Part shown: positions 10,920 through 22,624 of the stretch, one piece after another
How the letters are laid out: the number at the start of each line of letters is the position of its first letter
Numbering within the stretch: the first letter of the stretch is position 1
DNA from: Selaginella moellendorffii
Taxonomy: Eukaryota > Plantae > Lycopodiophyta
Length of the DNA stretch: 64,000 nucleotides
NCBI RefSeq assembly: GCF_000143415.4
Contig: NW_003314265.1
Coordinates: 2,559,181 to 2,623,180, forward strand
Direction of reading: 5' to 3'
The notes under the pieces: generated by a model
The model's database searches: none
Told to the model about the DNA's origin: nothing
The model's input: only the letters and a program-made list of their open reading frames with translations
Position numbers and translations under genes: made by a program

Positions 10920-13062
10920 TCATCTCCGCGGGAAACGATGCTCCTCCACCTTTGATCCTCATCCGAATTCACGTATACCCGGTAAGGTTCTCGATAGGCC
11001 TCTGCTGCGGGGTTGAGCTGTTTCTGAAGCCGGCGGTCGACATCCCTCTTAATGAAATTTGGATACTAATCCAACTTCTCAGCTTTACTTTTCGTGGCAT
11101 CCCGCAGCAGATCGATGAACTTGGGGGCCCCCTTCACGTACTCGTCGATGTCTTCATTTGACAAGTCCAGCTCTTCCATCATCTCTTGCGTGGTGTCGAT
11201 GCTCACCCTCGCCACGGCCACTTGCTCGAAGATCCAATCCTTCAATAGCGCACGAGCTCTCAGAGTCGTGCACAAGTCCTCGTATGTCACAATATGGCCG
11301 GGAGTCATTTTGGTCTTGTTGAAGACTACCTCACCACGTAGAAGAGCATTAGCCACTGTCAGAAGGTCGTCGTCGTCTAGAGACCGCGAGAAACGCAAGG
11401 CGTTGAGCTTCAAATCATTGGGCTTCCGGCCGTCCTCCACACCCATTGAGTTTAACAACTCCCCGTCATGGTACCTCCTCAGCACATCTACCCATTTGTC
11501 AAAAACAACTTTTGTCGCGAGTAGAATGTTATGGATGCTGAGTGTGTCATTGACCCCCAGTGTTTTCGAGAGAAGACTCGAGAATTCCTGCAATGGAAAT
11601 GGCGTGAGGCCACATGCTATGCCACATGCAACGAGGCTTACTGCCAGGCGCTAGTTGCTAGTGCACGTCCTTGTCCTGGTTTTTGTGGCTTCTTCAGTTG
11701 AACCCAGAGCTTCCGTGTTCGTGCCAATGTCTCGTGCAGGCCCGATTTGTAGCACGTTTCTTGCTTGACATTCTGCGCGTGGGAGATGTATATGATAGAT
11801 CGAAGGGGCGAGTTGCCTTTTACCAGGCGGACAACTCTTGTCTTGAAGACTTTCTTCACCTCCTCGCCCACCATAATATCCACAACTATCTGTTGCATCG
11901 CCAAGCTAGAATGCTGCCCGGAGACGGCATAGAACCGGATGTTCTGATCGTCCAACACCTTCCTATTGATCAAGTCTGGAAACCTCGTCTCGCCCTTCAT
12001 TGTTCGGTAGTAGGGGATCACGTCTGCGATGTCGGGTGTTACTGGACTTGCTAGCATCTTCTGCTTCAGTTTCTCCACCCACTCATCAGATACTAGCCTG
12101 TGGTTGTATTTGCTTTGGATCTCGATACGGCTCACGTCGATTGTATATACTTTGTTGGAATAGTAACAAGTACTATTATCTGCGACGATTTTTGCTGCCT
12201 CTTCTTGCTCTTTCTGCTCTTTTGCGGCTCTTCTTTTTGGTGGGTGTAGTGTTCGAACCCGAGGCAATGGCATCACCGAGTAGCTTCTTTTTTGGAGTAG
12301 CAGAGTCGGACGTCGGCTTGAGCTTGACCACCCTTTTCTGCTTCGGGGTAGTTTCCAGATCGACCCCCTTCCCCTTCGCTTCGCAAACTGGAGGCACTCT
12401 CAACGGCTCAATGTTGGAATATAGTTTTTGAACATCGCCGTAGGTGAGGTCCGTGGATTCCATGTGATCTTCATAGACCCGCAGCGTCTTTGAAATTGTG
12501 GGCCTCCTGGACAACCTCTCCCTAGCTCCCTCTAGGAATTCCTCATAGCCACTGCCCCCCTCCGGGAAGCCGCTAGGATGTGCAAGGTGGATCTTGAAGG
12601 CGGACGCTGTCTCTACCACAAGTGCCAGTCCATATTCTTGCATGGAACTGCATGGAGTGTCTGTCACTTGGATGAGGATCCCCATGCATTCTTTTCTCCC
12701 ACCATCTGTGTTGTACAGCATCAGATCTTCGCCTTCCATCCCGAAAGTCCAACTGGTGAGCTCCTCCCCCTTCTCTGCATCCACATTGACAGTGGCTGGA
12801 AGAAGAACGCAATTCCTCGCCTGTTCAGAAATGCACAACAATTAGAGCTGACAGATGAAAAGCTAGCAGCTGGAAATAACGTGAGGCCACACGCCATTCA
12901 CCACTGCATCAGATGTCTTGAGGCTGCATCCTAAGATGGCGTGAGGCTACACGCCATCTATAACCGGACTGCACTCGAGAGCCCAATCGGTGCATGCCAA
13001 TGTTGCTACTGAATGGCATGTGGCCTCATGCCATTTTCTACTTGGTCTAAAAGACTTACCAT
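10920..13062 (-). pseudogene. Truncated inverted copy of the 5' half of the ParB-like gene
   Basis: Near-identical peptide with a +1 frameshift near 12220 (KKSRK then RAERARR), a 1-bp loss at the intron-2 donor junction (~11640), CAG>TAG after KAEKLD (~11066), and truncation at 10920. Confidence 0.9.
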
Positions 13063-14839
13063 TTGAAACCGAATGGAGGCCGTGACAATCGAGGCCGGAC
13101 TCGCTGGCGAATGTGCACTGTGTGTGCAGCGGATCGTAGCAGCAAGGCTACTCTGCCACTTACAGTTGGAGAGTGGTGCTGAAATCTCCCGGGACGCCAA
13201 GTGGGCTGCGTGTGGGTGGCGGAGTGGGCGGCGGAGTTGGCGGCGAAGTTACAAACTGGGTGTGTCTTGAAGTGGACGCCGATGCACACGAGCGCGATGT
13301 GAGCGCGAGTGTGATGCAAGTGCGAGTGGACGCCGATGCACACGAGAAACCTGTAGAGAAGTGAGCGTGATCCCGAGTGGGAGCGCGATGCGAGCGGGAG
13401 CGCGAGTGTGCGAGCGCGAGTACAAAGCAAAATGCAAAACCTAACCTCACACGCGCGAAATGTCACAACGGTTGGTAATCCCGCCACGTCATCATTCCTC
13501 GAACTTGGGCGCCACCATTAATTTCTGGATTGCCGCACGCATGCAAGCACGCAAAATCCAAAAGAAATCCGCAACGTCATCATTCCTCAGACTGCATGCA
13601 CGTGAAATCCAAAAGAAAGATCATGATTGGGATATCATTTAATACCCTCGCTATATTTATACCATGCATGATTGGATATTCCAAAGCATCTTGTATTTCC
13701 AAAAATGGTAGATGTTCAGCTAAATAAAGAAATTCTATCTGTTTCTATTTTTCTCTCAAATCAATATTATAGCATGCAATTTTGAACCAAAGAAACCCAA
13801 AAAACGTTGGACCCAAAATATTTTGAAAAAACCCAAAAAACCCTAAACATTTTAAACCCAAAAATCCAGGCGTGCTGTAGCGTTATTCCTTGAATGGCGT
13901 GTGGGCGCATGCCATTTTCAGGGCCAAATGCTGAATGGAGAAAAATTCCCTTTCAGTGCAAATGCTGCAAGAGGCAGATGCCGAGCACAAAGGACTGTAA
14001 TTACCTCACATGACACAGATAAACTTTTCTCTATTTGGCAAAGATAAACTTTATAGCGTGTGGGCTCATGCAATTTTGAACCCAAAAAATGCACCAAAAA
14101 ATTCTCGGCGTCATCTGGCATTATCTCTTGAATGGCGTGGGGCCGCATGCCATTTTCAGGGGCACATAGGAGTATATTCCTAGGATATTCTGACACGCGC
14201 GAGATTTTTTTGAGTTTTCTGGAGATCCAACCGTTAGATCGCAACTAGATTTTACAGAATGGTATACAATGTCTTTCTTGATGACCCTGCAAAGAAGCAT
14301 CTCGATCGGACACCACATGAGACCACACGAGCCTTACAATGTTTCAGGGGCATTTGCCATAGATCCGACTGTTATTTTGCTCCAAGATTTTACAGTTTGG
14401 TGTGCATTGACCTTTCTCTTATTGAGGATTCATTACAAAAATATAGCTTGGTCTTTTCAAATGGGAGGATTGTGATATAGGCTGGCAATAGAGTTTTTTA
14501 TATGAATTAATATGTAAATTATAAATGTCAAAATGTCAAAGAAAGTTTTATGGAGTAGATTTCTTAGTGTTTTCTACTGTATTACTCATTTCTTCATTTC
14601 TCTTGCTTTAAACTGTTATTTCTAAAGTAATAAAAGCATTTTTATCAATTGTGATAGTGGTCTCCACATTTCTAGATGGATAATAAGGACCAAGAGTGTA
14701 ATATGGAGATTGTGATAGTGAAAGGAAATTAACATTTTCACATTCCTTTGCATTATAACTCTTCCTCACAAATCTTTTATTCCTTGTTTCTGATCTTCTC
14801 AAGAACCCTAAAAAATCTTTTAAATGAAAGTAGTATATA
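10920..14839 (-). repeat. Right arm of 3.9-kb inverted duplication
   Basis: Mirror of 1973-5890; carries 7 further palindrome copies (about 11599, 12876, 12936, 13013, 13894, 14053, 14132). Confidence 0.97.
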
Positions 14840-15331
14840 CAGCTGTAAATATAATTAAAATATAAAGTAGTCAAATAAAAATATGACAGCTGTAAGAATA
14901 GTCATAGTAAATAATATATCTTTATAAAAGATAGGTTCTTGTGAGCTTTGTCTTTTTTAAAAATTTCAATCTTATAAAAACTTTTAACTCAGATATTTAT
15001 ATATTTCAATATTTTAAAGTTTACTAGAACCTTCATTTCATCAATTTACATTTCTTTTATAAGACTTCTAGTTGACTGTGTTGACTTGAGTTGACTTGTG
15101 CTGAGTTGAGCTCAACTCGTGAGCTCAACTAAACTTTGAATCATCCTCTTCTATGTCTAATTTGGGTATAAGCCCAAGCTCTATACCATGCTAGTTAATG
15201 GAGTTCCCATATACTTGCATTAGGCTATTAATATACTGAAAAAGTGCTAGACTTTATTTAGCTCCATTTTGAATGTTGATCATAACATTGGGATACTTAA
15301 TGCTCTAATACTATTCCCAAGTCACTCCATA

Positions 15332-18300
15332 TGTCAGCAACTAAATTTTCCAGTCTACTTTAGTCATTTAACCACACTTTTAACCATTTGGAGGAGTCTC
15401 AGTCATAACCTCTATAAGTCCTATTTTTGACTTGAGGATATATTAGCCCCGTGAATGGCATTTATGCCACTCAACTTTTACACTTGGTTTAAATGTCCCA
15501 CGTGTTCGATCCCATAAAAAACACCCTAAAAAAACCACAAACATCTCAATCTATTATGCTAAAGTGATATCCATTTACCTTTGTCTCATTGGTAGTTCAA
15601 AACCACCAATGCCATAGTCCCATCTTTTAAAGACTAAGCTATCAGTCCATGGGTGGTCATCCCAAAACCTTACTTTAATATCCTTAGGATGCCTGAAAAC
15701 ATAGGAAACACCCTTCCCTAATGTCCCTTCTTGAGTTCCCACCAAGTACCTTTCCATCCATGGCAGTGCTTGCCAACACAACCACTGGGTCCAAGCCCAA
15801 AGGCCTGATCACTAAATCTTGCTAACCTTTGGGAATTCCTCACCCTATGACCGTATCTTTGGTCACTACACAAAAGGATTACTCCTCTTTCTTTCCACAG
15901 TCCGTGATTTTAGAATGACATTATGAAACACTATGGCCTTACGCAAGTTTAGTGGGTACTCTCCCCACCTTCCACCCTTAGATGCCTTAGCCATGTGGTT
16001 AGAGTGAGGTTTTAATGAGTTATACTAAGTATCCAAGTAGGTAGTGCAACTCACACTTGGATTGGGAGTATTGACCATTTGATCTCCCAAAGGAGCTAGA
16101 GATAGCACGTAAACACTTCACAGAGTTACCCCATTTGTCCATCCATATTCACTCTAGCCTTATACTTCTCAGTAATTATGTTATCACCCACCACATAGGT
16201 CTAGCCTTCCTTCATCACACTGGCCTTTCCTAACCAAACTGATTCCACTAGAGTCCTCCCCCCTAGTATCCTTATGGAGCTCATCAAACACCCTAGGGTC
16301 TGGGAAACGATCACTTTGGTCTTTCACCCTCGGACTCGGACTTGGACTTGGACTCAAACTTGAACTTGGACTTGGACTTAGACTCGGAGTTGGCCTTAGT
16401 CTCTTAGTCTCAGTCTCAGTCTCAATCCAAATCTTAATGTCAATCACGTTCTCAATCTTGGTCCCCATCTCAGACTCCTTCTTGGATTCCATTTTGAACT
16501 CCATCTTAGACTCTTTCTTGGATTCCATCTCAGACTTCATCTCAGACTCCATCTTAAACTCCTTCTCAGATTCCATCTTGGACTCCATCTCAAACTCCTT
16601 CTCAGACTCCTTGGAATCCTTCTCGGATTCCTTCTCGGATTTTATCTTGGACTCTTTCTTGGACTTGATCCCGACGCTTTCATATGTCATGACACTTGCC
16701 ATATATTAGTCCTTTTTTTTTTTCCCTTTCTAGAGACTCATCCACCAATTGCTTCATACTCATTCCTCAAGCAAATCTAAACCCACTCTTGACTTTCCAA
16801 GTTGGAGCTTTTGGTCTAAACATGTTACGCTTGTTGGACTTTCACTTTGACCATAGTCATGTGGCACCCTTTCAGCTCCACTTTGGGGCTTAGGGATTTG
16901 TGTTTCACAACTCCATCACCCATTGATGAATTTCGATGTCCTCATCGAATGATAAACCATTTTATAAAATAACCCCATTATGGATTTCCTTAGCACCAAA
17001 TTAATATTCGTTAATGGTTCCACACTAAAGGTTCACCATGCCTTGCCTATCCTCTAATGAACATAGATTCTTCAACTTAGATTCTCATTTAATCACATGT
17101 GGTGGTCCTTCCCATTTGTTTATTTAGTTCTTGCTAAATTCTTTAAAAACACTTTATTTTATCTCAATCCCACTATTCATTCCTGAGTAGTCTTAGCTTC
17201 TATCAGCATAACTATTGCAATTTGGAACTATAATTTTGACTTCTTAAATTAATTTCTTGGATGTTTCTAACACCTTGCATTTCACAGATTGTGTAAACTC
17301 CACTTCCCCATCATAGGAAGGTCTTTACTTGAGGGTATCATTATCCTTTTGTAAGACACAAATCCCTAAGCCCCAAAGTGCAGTAGAAAGGGTGCCACAT
17401 AATAGTGGTCAAAATGGAAGTCCAACAAGAGTAACATGCTTGGATTAAAGGCTCCTACTTGGAAAGTCGAGAGTAAGAATGGAACTCTGAACACAATGCT
17501 TGAGGAATAAGTATGAAGTAATCGATGAATGAGTCTCTAAAAAGGGACACAAGAAAAACTAACACATGACAAGTGTTGTGACACATGGAAGTGTCAGGAA
17601 TGAGTTTGAAAAGAGTTTGAAAAGGAGTTTGAGAAAGAGTCCGAGATAGAGTCTGAAATGGAGTTCGAGAAGGGATCTGAGATGGAGTCTGAGAAGGAAT
17701 TCGAGATGAAGTCCGAGATAGAGTTCGATATGAACCCAAGATGGACCCAAGATGGACCTAAGATGAAGTCCGAGATGGAGTCTAATATGGATCCAAGATG
17801 GACCCGAGATGGACCCAAGATGGAGTCCGAGTTTGAGTCCCAGATGGACCCAAGATGGAGTCCGAGGTCGAGTTTAAGATGGACCTGAGATGGAGTCCGA
17901 GATCGAGGCCAAGAAAGAGACTAAGACCAAGACTAAGACTGAGTCCGGGACTAAGCCCAAGACTAAGTTTGAGTTTGAGACTGAGATCGAGACTAAGACT
18001 GAGTCCAGGACTAAGTCTGAGATTGAGTTTGAGTTTGAGTCCGAGTCCGAGGGTGAAAGCCCAAAGCAATCGTCTCCTAAACCCTGGGGGTTTTAGTGAG
18101 CTCTAAAAGTATAGTAGAGGGAGGACTATAATGGAGCTAGTTTAGCTAGGAAAGGCCAATGTGACCAAAGAAGGCTATACCCACATGGTGAGTGATAATA
18201 TAACCACTGAGGAATTTAAGGCTAGAGTGAACACAGATAGACAAATGTGGTAACTTGGTGAAGTATTCAAGAACTAGCTCTAGCTCCTTCGGGAGATCAA

Positions 18301-21300
18301 ATGATTGATGCTCCCAATCCAAGTATGGGTTGCACTACCTACTTGGATATCTGGCATGGCTAATCGAAACCATGCTCTAGTCACATGGCTAGGGCACCTA
18401 AAGGCAGAAGGTGGGGAGAGTACCTACGAGACTCATGTAGGGCCATAATGTTTTGAAATGTCATTCTAAAGTCTTAGATTATGGAAAGGAAAAAGAGTAA
18501 TCCTCTTGTGTAGTGACTAAGGATACAATCACAAAGTGAGGAAGTCCCAAAGGTCAATGGGACTTAGTGGTCAAGTCGTTAGACTCTGACCCAGTGGCAG
18601 TGTTGGTTAGCACAGCTGTAGATAGTGAGGGATTTGGTGGGGACTGAAGAAGGGACATTAGAGAGGGTGTTACCCATGTCTTTGGGCATCCTAAGGATGT
18701 TAAGCTATGCTTCTGGGATGACCACTCCTAAATGGATGGCCCAGTTTTTGGGAGATGAGGTTGTGACAAAGATGAATGGAAAGGGGTTAGTGTAACTGGT
18801 TGATAAGTCAATAGTACCTTTGGGGGGTCTATCATGAGATCAAACATATGGAGCACTTGAACCAAGTGTAAAGGATAAGTGGCATATATATCATTCATGA
18901 GGCTAACATGTTTGTAAGTTCAAAATAAGACTTATGGAGGTAGTGAGTGAAACTCTTCTAAGTGGTCAAAAGTGTGATTAAATGACTAAAGTAGAATGAA
19001 AAAATTGGTTTCTTACACCTTCTTTTTATTTTATGCCACTTTATGCACTAAGTTCCACTTATCTATAATTTGTGCTAGGGCTATCCATAACACTATCATT
19101 TGGCTACCTTGCCACTCCCTCCCTTGGAGTTTTCACTTTTGCTAAATTAGAGCATTTTAGAATCCATCCTTGGAAACATATTTTCCTTAGGTGTCCTTCG
19201 CACTTGATCACTTTCACTAAGTCACACCATATCATTTGTTGAAATTACTACTTTGAATTAGGAACATTGTTCCTTAACCCATTAAAGAGTTTATTCTTGA
19301 CTATCAACCATGGATTCACCTAATGATCCCACATAGACAGCTTAATGGGTTTACCAATAAATATTAGATCTACCAAACCTTTAAGTTGTTGACCATGACC
19401 CCAGGATCATTCCCCACACTTGGCAATGCACCTAAGTCAACCCTTCTAGCCAAGGGTCCATAACAACTAAGATTGAGTGTCCCTATCTCATTCACCATGT
19501 CTTTGGTGCCACTTGCACAAAAGTGTTCAAGTTAGATATGCCAAACTTTCACACTAAGTAATTTAACCATGCATCATGACTCCATGGCATCCCCCATTTG
19601 GCTGTGTGCCCAAGCTAGCCTATTTACTTAGAGTCTATGACTGCCAAAAAATAAGTGTCCTCATATTCCAAACTATCACCACGCCTTAGTAGGGTGGGAC
19701 TCGAACCTAAGCACTAACCCAAGCATTCAAACTCAAGCACTAACTCAAACACTCAAACCCAAGAACTAACCCAAGCACTTTTTTGACAGGACACAAGTCA
19801 GGGTATTGTAGGTAATGGCCGAGTGGTGGAGACTTACATTGGCAGCAATATGGCTCCACCATGCTATCCTTCAAGACAAAAGGAAGCTAGAGAGGCTTGA
19901 GGAATGTTAGAAAGCATGGCTACCATGTTTCGGTGAAGGTGACCATAAAGAGGTTTGTTGGAGATGGTGCCCCCCGGAGTCAATCTTGATGTCAGCATGA
20001 AGGGGGGACTTGGATTTGAATGCGACATAACAGAGGCGACCACAGCCACTTCTACTTCAGGTTTAGGATCATGTTGGATGAGGGAGCTTTCCACTAGGTA
20101 GCGAGAGCTTCAGGCAGCATGCCCAGTTTTTGTATTAGTCCCTACGAGATATTAGAGAATGTATATACATGTTTCATCAAACCCAAGCACTAAACAAATA
20201 AGACTCAAACCTAACTTTCGTATATGTATCTACGGATGATATCACCTAGAATGTTTGGCATGACTCCTCACGCTAGTGCACCAAGTTATACCCAATGTGC
20301 ATTATGGATCACAGCTTAAGAACTTAGTTTCTCCGAACTTCCAAGTCCTCTTACTTAAAGAGCTAGTTAATCAGTTTGTGATCATGTATGGACTCTTCCA
20401 TGATTGGCCTCATGGGCCATCAATTTTGAAGTCAACACTTTCAAAGAACAGGATTTGCTGCGATGATCCTTACGAAGTCATATGTTTGATTCATGTGGTT
20501 GATCTTATAGAAACACTCCACTCCAAAACTTCGCTCGCTTTCTTTGTTATACTCCCTTCCAAGATCACAAACACACATTAGTGGAGCAGGAGAGATCAAG
20601 CTAAAAAAAACCTAAAAGGAAAGTTATTACATTAAATGAGAGGGTTTTGTCCCTTTGATTTGCCAATTTTGCTTAGTAAATTACCTGATAAACATAACAT
20701 GGTTCTATGCATAAGTGTAAAAGTTCTCAAAAATTAACTTTTATTCAAAGCCATCTTTTTGAATATTCGAGAATTATTTCCCTAACTTTGTTAGCCTCGC
20801 CTCAAGGCAAACTTTACGGTCATACTTCTACTACACCACTTTGATTTTGTGTGTTCCTATGAACCATTTACACTTGTGATTTTAAGTACCCTAGAAAATT
20901 CTTTAAGAACATTGAAAGGACTCTATCCTTTAGCTTACTAAGGCTTTTCCTTTCACAAGTTTCTTAATTGCTATATGGTCTAACATGGGCAATTCTATAC
21001 TTAAGAATCCTAATGATAGCACAGTTGTCAGTAGCAAGACTTTCGAGCACCCTATTGATTCTCCACTCCCAACTTGCATAACTACACTTAACTATGCCCT
21101 TTGATTCTTATATTTCAATTCTATCCCTTTATTATTTTCTTTTGGCCTTACACAATTATTCTCCTCTAGGCTAAAAGGATAGCTTTGCACTTTCTCCTAT
21201 GCCTTAACAAGTATTCTTAGCGATGAACTTATCTGATGGCTTAGGGAGTGGTCCTTCAATCTAGATATGCTCACCTTAATCCCATATATTAGGATTAACG

Positions 21301-21700
21301 TTATTATTCATATGCCTTTGTATGCCAATCATTAGTTTTGCCAAAACCCTTTTAGCTTTGTCCAATTCGGATAAATGAACTTCTTTCATCTCTACAACTT
21401 TGAATGTTAAATAGCATCTGCTATCCATTTTTCGCTAGGGACTTAGTTCCTTGGGCTTTATCTAATGCCCTCATGATATTAAATACCACTTCTTGGTGTT
21501 TTAAAGTGTTTATATATCCCAATGATGGCCTTCTTTAATAATAAACATTTCTTTTTATGACATTGACTTACTATATTGCAATATAAATAATTTATCTCCC
21601 AAGGGACATATCTAACCTTTTTATCCCAATAAAGAGTCTTGGGAAGTTAACTTCCACTAATCCAATCAATTATATCTTAGTTGCCTCATAGTCATCAAGT
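15332..21700 (-). mobile_element. Decayed Ty3/gypsy LTR retrotransposon (family A): 3' LTR 15332-16909 plus degraded pol, interrupted by a solo LTR
   Basis: On the minus strand the LTR begins TGTGAAACACAAATCCCTAAG after a purine-rich PPT-like tract. Broken RNaseH-like (DHK..*LF..DL, ~20330-20400) and RT-like (NRVLE..C, ~21020-21060) remnants lie in RT-RH order. The right boundary is approximate. Confidence 0.7.
17350..19017 (+). mobile_element. Solo LTR of family A (1,668 bp)
   Basis: Ends TGTAAGA...TCTTACA (7-bp inverted termini) with a 5-bp TSD CCTTT/CCTTC. It is a diverged inverted homolog of 15332-16909, and the flanks rejoin to match the uninterrupted sequence at ~22500-22560. Confidence 0.85.
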
Positions 21701-21704
21701 CTTA

Positions 21705-22624
21705 CAACTTGGACTTGAATTCAAACTCAATCTCAATCTTGATCTTGGTCTCAGTCTTAGTCTTGGTCTCGGTCTTAGACTCATTTTTGGACTCCATCTT
21801 GAACTCCTCGAATTCCTCAGACACTGACACTTCTATGTGTCATGACACTTGCTATGTGTCTGTCCTTCTTGTGTCCATTTCCAAAGACTCATTTATTGAT
21901 CGCTTTGTGATCATTCTTCAAGCACTTTATTTGGAGTTCCACACCCACTATCAACTTTATGAGTTGGAGCTTTTGGTCCAAATGTCTTATGTTCGTTAGA
22001 CTTTTGCTTCGACCACTACTATGTGGCATATATTTGGCTCCACTTTTGGGGCTTAGGGATTTGTGTCTCACAACTCCACCACCTATAAACGAAGTTCGAT
22101 ATCCTCATTGAACAATAAACCATTTTATAAAGTAACCCCATCATAGATTACCATTTTCATCCTTAGCATAGTTAATATTCATCACTAGTTAGACACCGAA
22201 TGCTCACCATGCCTTACACATTCTCTAAAAGCATCATTTTTCCAACTTAGAGTCTCATTAGATCATATATAATAGTTATTTTCCTTTGTTTGTCTAATTC
22301 TTGCTAAACCTGTTAGAGATACCTTATCTATCTCAATCTCACTACTCATTCCAAAGTAGTTTAGGCCTCTACCAACATAACTATCATACTTTGAAATTTC
22401 AATATTGACTTCTTAAGTCAATTTCCTAGGTGTCTCTAACACCTTACATTGCACATATTGTGTAAACTCCACTTCCCCATCCTAGGAAGTTCTTTACTAA
22501 AGGGTACTATCATCCTCTTTTTTATTTTGTGCCACCCTAGGTATTAAGTTCCACTTGGTCACCTTGACAAAGTCACATTATATTATTTATTTAAATCACT
22601 ACTTTGAATTAGGAACACCATTCT
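21705..22624 (-). mobile_element. Second family-A fragment: partial LTR (21705-22072) plus adjacent internal sequence
   Basis: ggggcttagggatttgtgtctcaca|actccacc... matches 16884-17345 and continues as 19021 onward; it is cut by the next element. Confidence 0.75.

Noticed and set aside
1973-14839. Inverted arms as terminal inverted repeats of one giant transposon
   Set aside because: The inner boundary is mid-exon, no TSD is seen, and the palindrome family continues left of 1973.
16184-18106. ORFs rich in KMESE / SDSI / LSLSP
   Set aside because: They are products of 6- and 12-bp tandem repeats inside LTRs, open on both strands.
15454-20275. Palindrome-like strings at ~15455 (tggcatttatgcca) and ~20255 (ttggcatgactcctcacgctag)
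   Set aside because: Wrong spacing or several arm mismatches, inside retroelement sequence; probably chance.
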